Assembly: GCF_963921235.1 (NCBI RefSeq)
Contig: NC_086097.1
Coordinates: 47,680,001-47,744,000 of the forward strand
Length of the DNA: 64,000 bases
Direction: 5' to 3'
DNA from: Mobula hypostoma
Lineage: Eukaryota
Position numbers and translations under genes: made by a program. Of the stretch, positions 36,388 to 49,293 are shown piece after piece (the stretch's first letter is position 1; each line of letters begins with the position of its first letter). Below the pieces are notes generated by a model. It saw only the letters and a program-made list of their open reading frames with translations. It made no database searches and was not told where the DNA came from.

Positions 36388-38263
36388 GGGTACGTCCACA
36401 CTACGCCGGATAATTTTGAAAACGAAGCTTTTTCCTCTTTGTTTTGCCCTCCCATCCACACTAAGCCGGCGTTTTCAGCCCCCGAAAACGGAGATTTTCA
36501 AAACCACTCTCCAGAGTGAATAAATCTGAAAACGTTTAATATCTGGCATAGTGTGTACGGGATAACCGGAGAGATTTAAAAACGTTGTGATGACAACACA
36601 ACAACAATGCTTGGTACTGCGCAAGCACTGCCGTACAGCTGTTATAACGCGCAGTCGGTATGAACGGCGTGAGAGTTAAATTGTAAAGTGAGCTTTTTTG
36701 ACTATTTAAAAACGCTGTTATGACGTGCTGGAACAGATGTTTGTTGTTTTAACAACAAAGTGAAGAAGTGAATAAGTATACTCACTTTGCCCTGTTTTCT
36801 GTCCTTGCTTGTATGAAGGTGGTTTACCTATTTATGCAAGTACTTCTCTGACAATAGATGTGTAACAGCCTAATGTAACATTGTATGGAAATACAAGATA
36901 ACGCTGATGCAGACGTTTTATACATTTAACAAGGTGCTTTATTAATGCAACAGAGTTAGTTTTTCAATGTTCATCGTCAGCTGGGTTATACTGTCCGTGA
37001 ACTCCCTATCGGTTGCCTCCATATACGCCAGTATTTGTTTTTTTTAGTTTTAAGTCCTCCTGCGCGACAGCCAAGAGCAATTCCTTTAAAGTTTTTCTAC
37101 TCTGTAACTGGACAAACGCACACTAAGTATATCGTTTCCTCTTCGCTTGTTTTCTGTGTGTCCTGCGCATGTCCACTAGGAGGAGATTCGCCCAAATATC
37201 CACCTAATGTGGACGGAGATATTTTGAAAAACACTTAGTGTGGACGCCTGTCGTTTTTACTCGAAACTGGCGTTTTCAAAATTATCTGGCGTAGTGTGGA
37301 CGTAGCCTGAAACGGCGTTTTCATCCCCCGAAAACGGAGATTTTCAGAAATGATCTCCAGAGTGAATAAATCTGAAAACGCCTAATATCCATTGTAGTGT
37401 GTACCGGGTGACTGGAGAGATTTAAACACGCTGTCATGACAACACCACAACAACAATGCGTTTACTGCTTCTGCTTGGTACCGCGCAAGCTATTATAATG
37501 CGCAGTCGGTGTGAATGGCGTGAGAGTTAAATTGTAAAGTGAGCTTTTTCGACTATTTTAAAACGCTGTCATGACGTGGCGGAACAGATAGCCGCAGAGC
37601 AGCATTTCGTTGTTTTCTTGAACGCAACCACATAACAATTTCAGAACAGACGGCAACAAGACTGAAGCCAGGAGGGTTAGAAATGTACTCACCAACTACT
37701 TTGACCCATAGCTTACTGAATAAATAAGTATACTCACTTTGCCCTGTTTTCTGTCCTTGCTTGAATGAAGGTGGTTCACCTATTTATGCAAGTACTTCTC
37801 TGACAGTAGATGTGTAACAGCCTAATGTAACATTGTATGGAAATACAAGATAACACTGATGCAGACGTTTTATACATTTAACAAGGTGCTTTATTAATGC
37901 AACAGAGTTAGTCAGTTTTTCAATGTTCGTCGTCAGCTGGGTCATACTGTCCGTGAACTCCCAGTCGGTTGCCTCCATACGCTCCAGTATTTGTTTTTTT
38001 TAGTTTTAAGTCCTCCTGCACCAGAGCCAAGAGCAATTCCTTTGAAGTTTTTCTACTCTGTAACTGGACAAACGCGCACTAAGTATATCGTTTCCTCTTC
38101 GCTTGTTTTCTGTGTGTCCTGCGCATGCCCAGTAGGAGGAGATTCACCCAAATATCCGTCTAACGTGGACGGAGATATTTTGAAAAACGTTTAGTGTGGA
38201 CGCCTGTCGTTTTTACTCGAAACTGGCGTTTTCAAAATTATCCGGCGTAGTGTGGACGTAGCC
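36388..38263. mobile_element. Two tandem PIF/Harbinger-type non-autonomous elements (36388-37307 complete; 37311-38263 lacking its left ~80 bp)
   Basis: TIR GG(G/C)TACGTCCACACTACGCCGGATAATTTTGAAAACG at 36388, with reverse complements ending at 37307 and 38263. The 3-bp TSD TGA occurs at 36385-87, 37308-10 and 38264-66. Confidence 0.85.
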
Positions 38264-39700
38264 TGAGTCTAGCTTCATTTATGAAAGCTTTGTAATTCTA
38301 ATAATGATGCAGGCTTTGTTTACAAAAGTTGTGAATGACCTACTAATGCCTGTTATAAGCAAGTCATTTTCAAGCTGTGTCCAGGCAACTAATGTCTCAG
38401 TTATACTGCATGTTGGTGACTGTATCCTTCCACCACATGGATGCCAGAAATGCAATAAAGTGCTGGTATCAATAACCTGGTATTGAAGTGCCTGCATGAC
38501 CCATGACCTGCATGTGGCACCCAATTTGGTTTTCTGAACTATCCTTTTTAAGTATTCAAGCAGATATGTTGGCTCAGAAGCAGCGTACTGTCTGCTGGTA
38601 CGATAAATGTACAACATTGATTCCGCATACACAGTACCACAGTGCATTATAACTGGGTTGTATATTGTATCACAGTGAAAATGTAGCTTTGGCTTATTGC
38701 ATGGACTGCACATCTTGGCAGTGTATACAGTACATGCGGAACAGTAGAAATTACAATATACTTAAGCTGATTTATTTTTTAAAATCTTAGATGATGTGAT
38801 GTACAAATTATTTGTATTTTTTAAATCCAGTACTACTTGAATGTGTAGTGTGATCAGAATATTGATAATTTTATCTAAGCTGTGATCTCAATTACTGTCC
38901 AAATTTGCAATAACTCTTCACACTTAACCACAGTACACAGGAGCTTGTTTTTCACAAACTACAGTATTCATGCTTTTTTAACCTTGGCTATGTAATTTGT
39001 ACAGAATTATATTTATGTAGTGCATATTATCATGCTAGTTGGCATTTATGCAGAAGAACGTAAATAAAGTATAGGTTTATTGGCAAAAAAAATACAGCAA
39101 TTTTCTGTTCAGACTTGAGTACAGTGAGGGTGACAGGGGCCCATGTTGTTCTCCTTGTGCACAAGTAAATAAAAAATACACTTATAACAGTGTATGTGTT
39201 CTGGGCCCAGTTATTTTATTATCAGCAGCAACAGTTACTTCGATAAAGACAATTCAGAACTGTTCTGCTCACTGTGATTTCAAGCATTCAGACCAGAAAT
39301 GGCCTGGAGTGCAAATGAAACGATTTCCCTACTTCAACAAGTTAGAATCAGAATCTGGTTTATTATCACTGGCATGTATCATAAAAATTAGTTAACTGAG
39401 CAGCAGAAGTTCAATGCAATACATAATATAGAAGAAATAATAATAGTAAATAAGTAAATCAATTACAGTATACATTGAATAGATTAAAAATTGTGCAAAA
39501 AAAACAAATATTAAAGTGAGGTAGTGTTCAAGAGTTCAATGGAGAACTAGGAACTATGAAAAAATGTGAAAGTATCAACAATCATCTTGAATGCTACAAT
39601 GAAAATGAAGATTTGGAGGATGTCGTTGAAAACATTTGAAGTTTGTCAATTATCTATGCTAGGTGTCTGCGCTAACTTTGTTCATCTACAATCAATCAAA

Positions 39701-41632
39701 ACCATATAATAATTACAGCATGGAAACAGGCCACCTAGGCCCTTCTAGTCCGTGCTGAACTCCTACTCTCACCTAGTCCCACTGACCTGCATTCAGCCCA
39801 AAACCCTCTGTTCCTTTCCTGTCCATATAGCTATCCAATTTAACTTTAAATGACAACATCAAACCTGCCTCAACCACTTATGCTGGAAGCTTGTTCCACA
39901 CAGCTACCACTCTCTGAGTAAAGAAGTTCCCCCACATGTTACCCCTAAACTTTTGCCCTTTAACTCTCAACTCATGTCCCCTTGTTTGAATCTCCCCTAC
40001 TCTCAATGGAAAAAGCCTATCCACGTCAACTCTATCTATCCCCCTCATAATTTTTAATACCTCTATTAAGTCCCCCCTCAACCTTCTACATTCCAAAGAA
40101 TAAAGACCCAACTTGTTCAACCTCTCTGTGTAACTTAGGTGATGAAACCCAGGTAACATTCTAGTAAATCTTCTCTACTCTCTCTATTTTGTTGACATCT
40201 TTCCTATAATTCGGTGACCAAAACTGTACACAATACTCCAAATTTGGCCTCACCAATGCCGTGTACAATTTCAACATTACCTCCCAACTCCTATACTCAA
40301 TGCTCTGATTTATAAAGGCCAGCATACCAAAAGCTTTCCTCACCACCCTATCCACATGAGATTCCACCTTCAGGGAATAATGCACCATTATTCCTAGATC
40401 TCTCTGTTCTACTGCATTCTTCAATGCCCTACCATTTACCATGTATGTCCTATTTTGATTAGTCTTACCAAAATGTAGCACCTCACATTTATCAGCATTA
40501 AACTCTACATCTGTCATCTTTCAGCCCACTCTTCTAACTGGCCTAAATCTCTCTGCAAGTGAAAACCTACTTCATTATCCACAATGCCACCTATCTTAGC
40601 ATACTTACTAATTACCTGCATACTTACTAATCTAATTTACCACCCCACTATCCAGATCATTAATATATATGGCAAACAACATTGGACCCAGTACAGATCC
40701 CTGAGGCACACCACCAGACACTGGCCTCCAATCTTACAAACAGTTATCCACCACTACTCTCTGGCATCTCCCATCCAGCCACTGCTAAATCTTCCTAACT
40801 AACCTCCCGTGTGGAACCTTGTCAAAGGCCTTACTGAAGTCCATATAGACAACATCCACTGTTTTACCCTCGTCAACTTTCCTAGTAACCTCTTCAAAAA
40901 AATTCAATAAGATTTGTCAAACATGACCTTCCACGCACAAATCCATGTTGACTGTTCCTAATCTGACCCTGTCTATCCAGATAATTATATATACCATCTC
41001 TAAGAATACTTTCCATCAATTTACCCACCACTGACGTCAAACTCACTGGCCGATAATTGCTAGGTTTAGTCTTAGAACCCTTTTTAAACAATGGAACAAC
41101 ATGAGCAATATGCCAATCCTCCGGCACCATCTCCGTTTCTAATGAAATTTGAAATATTTCTGTCAGAGTCCCTGCTATTTCCACACTAACTTCCCTCAAG
41201 GTCCTAGGGAATATCCTGTCAGAACCTGGAGACTTATCCACTTTTATATTCCTTAAAAGCACCAGTACTTCCTCTTCTTTAATCGTCATAGTTTCCATAG
41301 CTACCCTACTTGTTTCCTTTGCTTTACACAATTCAATATCCTTCTTAGTGAATACCGAAGAAAAGAAATTGTTCAAAATCTCCCCCCTCTCTTTTGGCTC
41401 CGCACATAGCCGTCCACTCTGATTCTCTGAGGGACCAATTTTACCCCTCGCTATCCTTTTGCTTTTAATATAACTGTAGAAACCCTTTGTATTTATTTTC
41501 ACCTTACTTGCCAAAGCAACCTCATATCTTAGCTTTTATAATTTCTTTCTTAAGATTCTTTTTACATTCTTTTTATTCCTTGAGCACCTCATGTACTGCA
41601 AGCTGCCTATATTTATTGTAGACCTCTCTCTA
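39701..41632 (-). mobile_element. CR1 LINE, 5'-truncated, apparently inserted in a Tigger-like remnant
   Basis: Minus-strand RT peptides KSPGSDRIFPR, NYRPVSLTS, QHGFVRGRSCLTNL and LEYCVQFWSP. Confidence 0.9.
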
Positions 41633-41945
41633 CATAGCAGTGTATTTGGAACCATTACACAGTACTATAGTACTGTAGTAGTATTGACAGTGTTCTACTT
41701 TGTTCTCTCTAAGTACATAAATTGTTACTCAGTCAAATGGTAGTTTGTTTTTTAATACCTTTTTAATGATTTCCATGAAACTGGCTACTTGGGGAATTTA
41801 CTTAATTGGATCTAATGTGTCCCAGTTAACTAGAATCATCTGTATCCACAGCAGGAAATCTTCCAATCCAGAAATTTAAATTTAGATTTGCTAAGTTATC
41901 ACTTGGAAAATGTATTTTGCCAAGTCACAGTTTTCTTTGTTTCAG

Positions 41946-42043
41946 CAGTGAATTAGATTTAATGACTGAAGCCGAATTTGTGAACAGTTCTGAAAATCAA
42001 GATGAACAATCAGTTTCCCATTCCGAAGTCTTTCCTGAGGCAG
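41946..42043 (+). CDS. TDRD9: TDRD9 exon 2 ([C]SELDLMTEAEF...EVFPEA)
   Basis: Polypyrimidine tract with TTTCAG| acceptor and CAG|GTATGA donor. The 98-nt open exon is phase 2 to phase 1 and bridges exons 1 and 3 exactly. Confidence 0.72.
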
Positions 42044-42231
42044 GTATGATTTATAAAACAAAATTGTATAACTGACTTGGGTTCTGATAAACTTCAGAAA
42101 GTTTTAAGCTGTCATAAATATTACTGAGAAAAATCTAGAAATGTTTATTTTAAAAAATGATTGATACAGAGCATTCAATACTGGATGACAATGTTGGATA
42201 AGATATTTCTCATTTTAAAATACTTAATAAC

Positions 42232-45200
42232 GTAAGACCATAAGATATAGAAGTGGAATCAATCTCCTCTGCCATTTCATTATGGCTGATCCATTTCCCT
42301 TTCAGCCCCAATCTCCTGCCTTCTGTATGTATCCCTCCAGGCCCTCTCTAATCAAGAATCTTATCAACTTTTGCCTTAAATATACCTAATGACTTGGCCT
42401 CCATAGCCGCCTGTGCAACAAATTCCACAGATTCACTACTCTTTGGCAACAGAAATTCCTCCTTATCTCTGTTCTAAATGGATATCCCTCTACTCTGAGG
42501 CTGTGTCCACAGGTCTTAGACTCCCCCACCATAAGAAACCACCACATCTGCTCAATCAAGGCCTTTTAACATATGATATGTTTCAATGAGATTTTTTCCC
42601 CCATTTTTATCTGATTTCCAGTACAGGCCTAGAGCCATCGAATGCTGCTCACGTGATAAGCCGTTCGAACCTAGAATCATTTTAGCGAACATCCTTTGGA
42701 CCCTCTCCAATGTCAGCACATCCTTCCTTAGATAGGAGGCTTAAAACTGCGTACAATGCTCCAAGTGAGGCCTCACTAGTGCCTTATAAAGCTTCAACAT
42801 TATAACTTTACTTTTATGATGTATTCTAGTCCTCTCGAAATGAATGCTAACATTGCATTTACTTTCAAGAGAAAATCTGCAAATGCTGGAAATCCGAGCA
42901 CCACACACAAAATGTTGGAGGAACTCAACAGGCCAGGCAACATCTATGGAAAAGAATACAATCGACGTTTCAGGCCGTTCTGCTGAAGGCTCTTAATCTG
43001 TTAAGCAACCTCATGCATAGCACCTTGTCAGAGACCTGAAAGTCCACCGGTTCCCCTTTGAGGTCTTTCATTGTGGTCAGGCTAACTGGCCCATAATTTC
43101 CTTTCTTCAGTCTTGAAGAGTGGAGTGACATTTGCAATTTTCCAGTTCTCTGGGCCATGTCAGAATCTAGTGATTCTTGAAAGATTATTAATAATGCTTT
43201 CACAAGTTCTTCATCTACCTCTTTCAGAACCCTGGGGTGTATACCATCTGGTCCAAGTGACTTATCTACCTTCAGACTTTTCAGTTTCCAAAGAAGCATT
43301 TTGCTAGTAATGACAACTTTACATGCTTCTACCCCCGACATCCTTGAACTTTCGGTATATTACTAGTGGCTGCCACAGTGAAGACTGATGCAAAATACTT
43401 ACTCAGTTTGGCCACCATTTCCTTGTCCCTCATTTCTACTTCTCCAACATTATTTTCCCGAGGACTGATACCTACTCTCGCCTCTCTTCTACACTTTATG
43501 TATCTGAAGGAACTTTTGGTATCCACTTTAATATTATTGGCTAGCGTACCTTGGTATTCCATCTTTTCCTTCTTTACTAATTTTTTTGTTTCTGCCTTCT
43601 GTTGGTTTTTTAAAAGCTTTCCGGTCCCAATAATTTTTGCTCTGTTATATGCTATCTCTATGGTTTTTATGTTGGCTTTGACTTGTCTGCCATGGTTGTG
43701 CCATCCTTCCTTTAGAATATTACTTATTTGGGATGTATATATCTTGCACCTTACAAATTGCTGCTAGAAATTCCAGCCATTGCTGCTGTGCTGTCATCCC
43801 TGCTAGTGTTCCTTTCCAATCAATTTTTACAAACTCCTCGCTCATGCCTCTGCAATTCCCTTTTACTCCACTGCTTTACTGATACATTTGACTACTTTAG
43901 CTTCTCCTGAAATTGCAGGGTGAATTCTATAATATAAGGTTCCCCTAAAGGTTCTTTTATCTTAAGCTCTCTAATCAATTCTGGTTCATTGCACAGCACT
44001 CAATGCAGACGAGCTGACCCCCCCCCCCCCCAAATGTTGGGCTGAACCACGAGCTGTTTTAAAAAGACATTTGATACGCATTCTAGAAATTTCTAGAAAT
44101 TCGCCCTCTTGGGATCCAGCACCGACCTGATTTTCCGAATCTACTTGCGTGTTGAAATATCCCATGACTGTTGTAACATTGCCTTTTTGACATGCACTTT
44201 CTGTCTCTCGTAATTTGTAGAGTACGTCTTTGCTGCTATTCGGAGGTGTGTATATAACTCCCATCAGGATTTCGTTACCCATGCAGATTCTTAGCTTTAT
44301 CAACCACAATTCTGCACTCTCTGATCCTATGTCACCTATCTCTCACCATTTGATTTCATTTTTTTTAATAAACAAAGCCACCCCAACCTCTCTGCCTAAA
44401 TGACTGTCCTTTCGATACAATGTGTATTCTTGGACATTAAACTTCCAGCTATAATCTTCTTTCAGCCATGATTCAGTGATGCTCATAATATCCTACCTGC
44501 CAACCTGTAACTGCGCTACAAGTTCATCCACCTTGTTCCATATATTGCAGGTATTCAAATATAACACCTCTAGTCCAGTATTCATAACCCTTTTTGATTT
44601 TGTCTCCCTTCTACATTGTAACTCATCCCATTGATTGTAATTTTGTCGTCATCAGCCTGTCATTGTAGGCAGTCTCACTATATACTGCCTTTTTTTGTAA
44701 ACCAACTACCCCATCCACAGCCCTATCACTCTGGTTCCCATCCCATTACCAAATTCATTTAAGCTCTCCCGCATAGCTCTCACAAACCTGCCTGTAAGGA
44801 TATTGATCCCCCTTGGGTTCAGGTGTAATCCATCCAGTTTGTACAGGAGATCCCCAGAAGAGATCCCAATAATCCAGAAATCTGGACCCCTGCTCCCTGT
44901 ACCAGTTCCTCAGCCGCACATTCATCTACCAATCATCCTATTCTTACTTGTCTTACAGACAACAATCCAGAGATTACTATCCTGGAGGTCCTGCTTTTCA
45001 GTTTTCTACCTTGCTCCCTAAAATCTCTAAGACCACCTTGCCTTTCCTCCCTATGTTATTACTGCCAATATGCACCAAGATTTCTGGCTATTCACCTCCC
45101 CTTTAGAATGCTATGGACCCAGTCCAAGATATCCCTGACCCTGGCAACATACCGTCTTTCGTATCCACAGAATATTGTCTCTATTCCTCTATCTATGGAA

Positions 45201-45395
45201 TCTCTTATCATTACAGCAGTCCCCTTCACCTTTCTTCTTTTCTGAGGCAGATACCCAGCACACCAACTCTTTCTTACCCCACCCCCCGGCCCAGTAGGTT
45301 GTCCCCCTCAACAGTATCCAAAGTGGTATACCTATTGAGGAGAATAGCCACAGAGGTACTCTGCACTGATTGCCTTTTCCCTCCTCCTCCTGACA
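42232..45395 (-). mobile_element. CR1 LINE, long, decayed and internally deleted, with a Penelope-terminus fragment at ~42868-42985
   Basis: Minus-strand KSLGPDGIHPRVLKE, NIKVDTKSSFRYIK and GVIYTPPNS peptides. Confidence 0.82.
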
Positions 45396-45891
45396 TTAAA
45401 TTGGTGCATGTTAATTACGTAAAGCTACATAGTGAATATTTTCTTTCTCTCATTGTCTCCTTTTATATATAAACACACGAGTACACCTAGGCCTTTTTTG
45501 AATGTCATGTTTCAATTGGAAATTGCTGAAAAATTCTAAATATTGCAAAATTGAAATCCTTGAATATTAAATCTGCCACTCTGGGCATGTTGTAATTTTG
45601 ATTCTATGAAGGCTTTGAATCAAATCATGTTTAATATCACTTGATATGTCATGCATGCACTTCTGTGTTTTCTTCTGTGCACTTGGTAATCTCTTCCAGT
45701 GACAGTAGAGTATCCTGTTTAGAAGTTCGGTGTTGAATACATCAAGGAAGAAAAATGCTGATTTTTGTTACACTGTATAAGTATACCTTTTATAGAATGC
45801 ATAAGATTAAAAATCTTAATGTTTTGTGTTCATGTAAAAAAAAAGTCCTTAAAATTAAGAGGTTTTAAGTTAAACATTCATTGTCATCCAG

Positions 45892-46046
45892 ATGTGGACA
45901 GCAGTACAATGCAAAAGTTTGATGCCAAGGACCTTCCTGAGATGTACAGAGTGAACTCAAGAAGTTCTGATGTAAAAGCAAAAAGTAGCATGAAACTGGC
46001 AGACTATAGATGCCCCGAATTGCCAATTGCTAAATACAGAGAACAG
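45892..46046 (+). CDS. TDRD9: TDRD9 exon 3 ([D]VDSSTMQ...DYRCPELPIAKYREQ)
   Basis: CCAG| acceptor and CAG|GTAGGT donor. Y..P.LPI..Y.E is the pre-helicase motif. Phase 1 to phase 0. Confidence 0.88.
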
Positions 46047-46269
46047 GTAGGTAATTTTTGCTCTTTAGTTTCAATTATCTTGTCATAATCAAGCATCACA
46101 TTCATGAGTTTGTATAATTGTAAACATGCTTCATTGTAAGAGATCGTAAAATGCAATAGAGGCCAGTACTTTGACCAAAGTTAAAGTCAAAATGCTGATA
46201 GTGCCACATCAAAAATATGACTGAATGGTTATTACTACTTTGTCTTGTGTAAAGTGAGGAAGGTGTGCA

Positions 46270-47137
46270 ATCCTCATTACTGTCAGACACTCCTTAGAGA
46301 TCTTTACATCCTCTTTGCCCATAATTAAAGTCCTCGGGGACTGGGAAATAGACAATGCTGTTCCTTTGTTTAAGAATAGCAACAAGAACAAACCAGGAAA
46401 TTGTAGAGTGGTGAACCTTTTATCAATAGTAGGGATATTGTTGGAGAAGGTCTTGGGAACACTTACCCACTTCTGGAAAAGATTGGGCTTTTTAGTGATG
46501 GTCATTGTGGCTTTGTATGGGGGAGATCATATCATACAATCTTGATTGAGCTTTCTTTCTGATTAGTAAGTTTGCAGATGACACAAAAATTAGATGAGTT
46601 GCAGGTAGTAAGGAAGTTGTCAAAAGATACATGCAGCTGGATATAGAACATTTGAAAATGTGAGCAGAGAAATGGTAGATAGAATTTAATCCGGACAAGC
46701 GTGAGGCATTGCACTTGGGGAGATTAAATAAGTATATAGCAAACAACAGGACCCTTAGGACCATTGATGTTCAAAAGGGATCATTGGATGCAAGAGGCAA
46801 CATAGGGTGGTATAGAAGGCATATGAAATATTTGCCTTTATAAGTCAGGGCTTTGTGAATACAATTTGGCAAGTACTGTTCCAGCTTAGTAAAACTTTGG
46901 TTGTACTGCATGAAGTTTTGATGGAATGTGCTGAAAATGTTCACCAGGATGCTGCCTAGATTAGATCATTTCAGCTGTGAGGTGAGGCTAAATAAATTTG
47001 AATTGTTCTGTCATGTTGGAGACTGAGAGGTGACCTGATAAAATGGTGTTGCCTGGTTTACACTTTTAAGAAAGGTGGTAGAAGCAAATACGATAACACT
47101 TAATAGGCATCTAGACAGGCACATGAGCAGGCAGGGG
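46270..47137 (+). mobile_element. CR1 LINE fragments, decayed
   Basis: DWEIDNAVPLFK...PGNCRVVNLLSIVG and an AAGTTTGCAGATGACACAAAA (KFADDTK) remnant. Confidence 0.75.
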
Positions 47138-48435
47138 ATTCAAGATTCAAAATTCATTTATTATCATAGTACTGTATGCAGACAGTATACATCCCTGTGA
47201 TTCGTCTTCCTACAGACAGCCATAAAACAAAAAAAAATTGAATCCATTCAAAGAAAAACCTCAAAACTACCCCCCCACCCAACGAGCAGGAAAAAAAACA
47301 AATCGTGCAAACGACAAAACAAAACACAAACGAGAAATACAGAATATAAAACACAAAATCAAAAGAGTCTAGGCATATTCAGTTTATCTCAATTCTAGTT
47401 CAGCATAGCTCTGTGTCGATAAGGTGCATCACTGCTTGGTATGAAAGCTGCACTGCGGCCCACAGGAACGCTCTATAACAGGTAGTCAAAAATGCCCAAT
47501 TGATAACTGGTGGCATCAGCCTACCTGGCATCAAGGACATGTATAGTGGATTCTGGTTAATTGGGTCATCGGCTAATTGGGGCAGCCACTTATTTGTAAC
47601 AACTCTTAAAGAACAAAAACTAATCGAGACGTGTTTGGAATTTGGGAGTCTATGCTGCTTAGTTGGGACAGGAGATTGTTGCCAAACAGTTTCTAACTGG
47701 TGTCAGTCATGTGCACTTGTGTGGCCATTAAACACCACAGCGTAAAATTTTAAAATAGTGTCAATTCCATGTGTTTCCGGTGGGTCTGGTAACCCGGTGC
47801 AATGGGGATATGCTTGCCTTAGCATGCAGAGTCAGCTCTAGTAGGGTGGGCAGATGAGATCCACTGGTAGATCCAATAACCAGGCAGGTGGTTCTACAAT
47901 GCTCAGTGGAGAGCAGAGGGCATGACAAGGCACAGAACAAGTCATTATTATCTATTATAACCAGGGACGACCCCAGTTGTGACGTCTACTCATTCCACTG
48001 TATACAGAAAGATTCGAGAAAAGGGCCAGTAACATCATGAAGAATCCCACCCACCTTATTCATGGACTGATTGTCCCACTCCCATCAGGGGAGAGGTTAC
48101 GTAACATCCATGCCAGGACTACTAGACTCAAAAACAGATACTTTCCCCAAGCAGTGAGGCTGATCAACACATCGACCTACTAACCTAGCCCACCATACTC
48201 CCAGCCACCTCTACTTTTTAATTTCCTATCAGTCACCTTATGAATAGACATGTGCCCAGCATCACTTTGTAGACATGTAGTCAATCTATGTATGTAGGGT
48301 AAGCTAATTTAAGTATTTATACTGTGTTTATTGTGTTCCTTTTGTGGTTTTTTGTGTGCCTCATTGGATCTGGAGTAACAATTTTTTCATTCTCCTTTAC
48401 ACTGTGTACAAGAAATGACGTTAAATAATCTTGAA
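47138..48435. mobile_element. Nested cluster: Rex1/Babar-like 3' pieces interrupted by a Tigger-like MITE fragment and a SINE-like segment
   Basis: LINE C-terminal remnants at ~47420-47540 and 48000-48180 are separated by TAGTGGATTCTGGTTAATTGGG (MITE end) and an unrelated GC-richer block. Subfamily assignments are tentative. Confidence 0.5.
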
Positions 48436-48645
48436 GGCATCACTGGTCTTCACGTTATGCAGAAGATAGATGAAATTACTGAGGGTGATCTGTTGGATTT
48501 GGAGGTTGATCAGTTGAGAACAAAGAATTTCATATCTTAGAAAATCTAATTTAGAAAGTTTTGTTAACAGATCAAATCTGGCCAAGCCACAGAAAGTAGA
48601 GAAGGGAGTGGAATCATTACAGGAAACAGGATTGGACAAGGTATA

Positions 48646-48745
48646 AACGAGGAATTCTGCAGATGCTGGAAATTCAAGCAACACACATCAAAGTTGCTGG
48701 TGAACGATACTGCCTGGCCTGGTGCATTCACCAGCAACTTAGATG
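48646..48745. mobile_element. 100-bp fold-back Penelope-terminus insert without a ribozyme core
   Basis: ACATCAAAGTTGCTGGTGAA / TTCACCAGCAACTTAGATGT are inverted. Exact 14-bp TSD TTGGACAAGGTATA at 48632-48645 and 48746-48759. Confidence 0.85.
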
Positions 48746-49293
48746 TTGGACAAGGTATACTTTTGGTAGCTGAGGGAATCTTAACTGTTTATAGTGGATA
48801 TTGGTTGCTGAATCATTACGTCAAAGTCGAGAAAGGGATAGGAAAATTTGGAGATGGATATATCTGAAAGTGAGATTCGGGTTGAAGTTGGCAGCAAAGG
48901 TGATGAAGCATTCATGTTCCATAAGAGAGCTGAAAGTGGCATCAATAATGTCATCAGTACACTGGAAGAAGATTTTATATTCTAAATGGAACTGTAACAA
49001 GTTCTTCAGTTATATCCTTTATTTAAAATTGTGTCACTTTTATTTTAAGGAAAATCTTTTCTTTTTCAGCTATATTCATAAACTTGTACCTGCATAAAAT
49101 TGTATTAAAACTGGTCATTTGTGCTGTTTTGTGGAAGAATTTAACACTATGAAGTACAAATATCTTGTTGAGTATAACCTTGATCAAAAATAAAACACAA
49201 TACATCATATAATTTCCTGCTAGCATTGCTGATTTTTTTTTGCACTTCATGGAAGTTTAAGGTCAGCTAGTCAAATATACAAACTATAGATGA

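Larger units (their letters stand above)
35103..39092 (+). pseudogene. ZFAND5: 5'-truncated processed pseudogene of AN1-type zinc finger protein 5, with 3'UTR and poly(A) remnant, interrupted by RTE and Harbinger inserts
   Basis: Intronless KSR.V..ALPVMQQMTEVSIS...EPV and [56 protein letters not shown]. Premature TGA at 35635-35637, a further TAG and a frameshift. AATAAA at 39063-39068 and A8 at 39085-39092. Confidence 0.88.
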
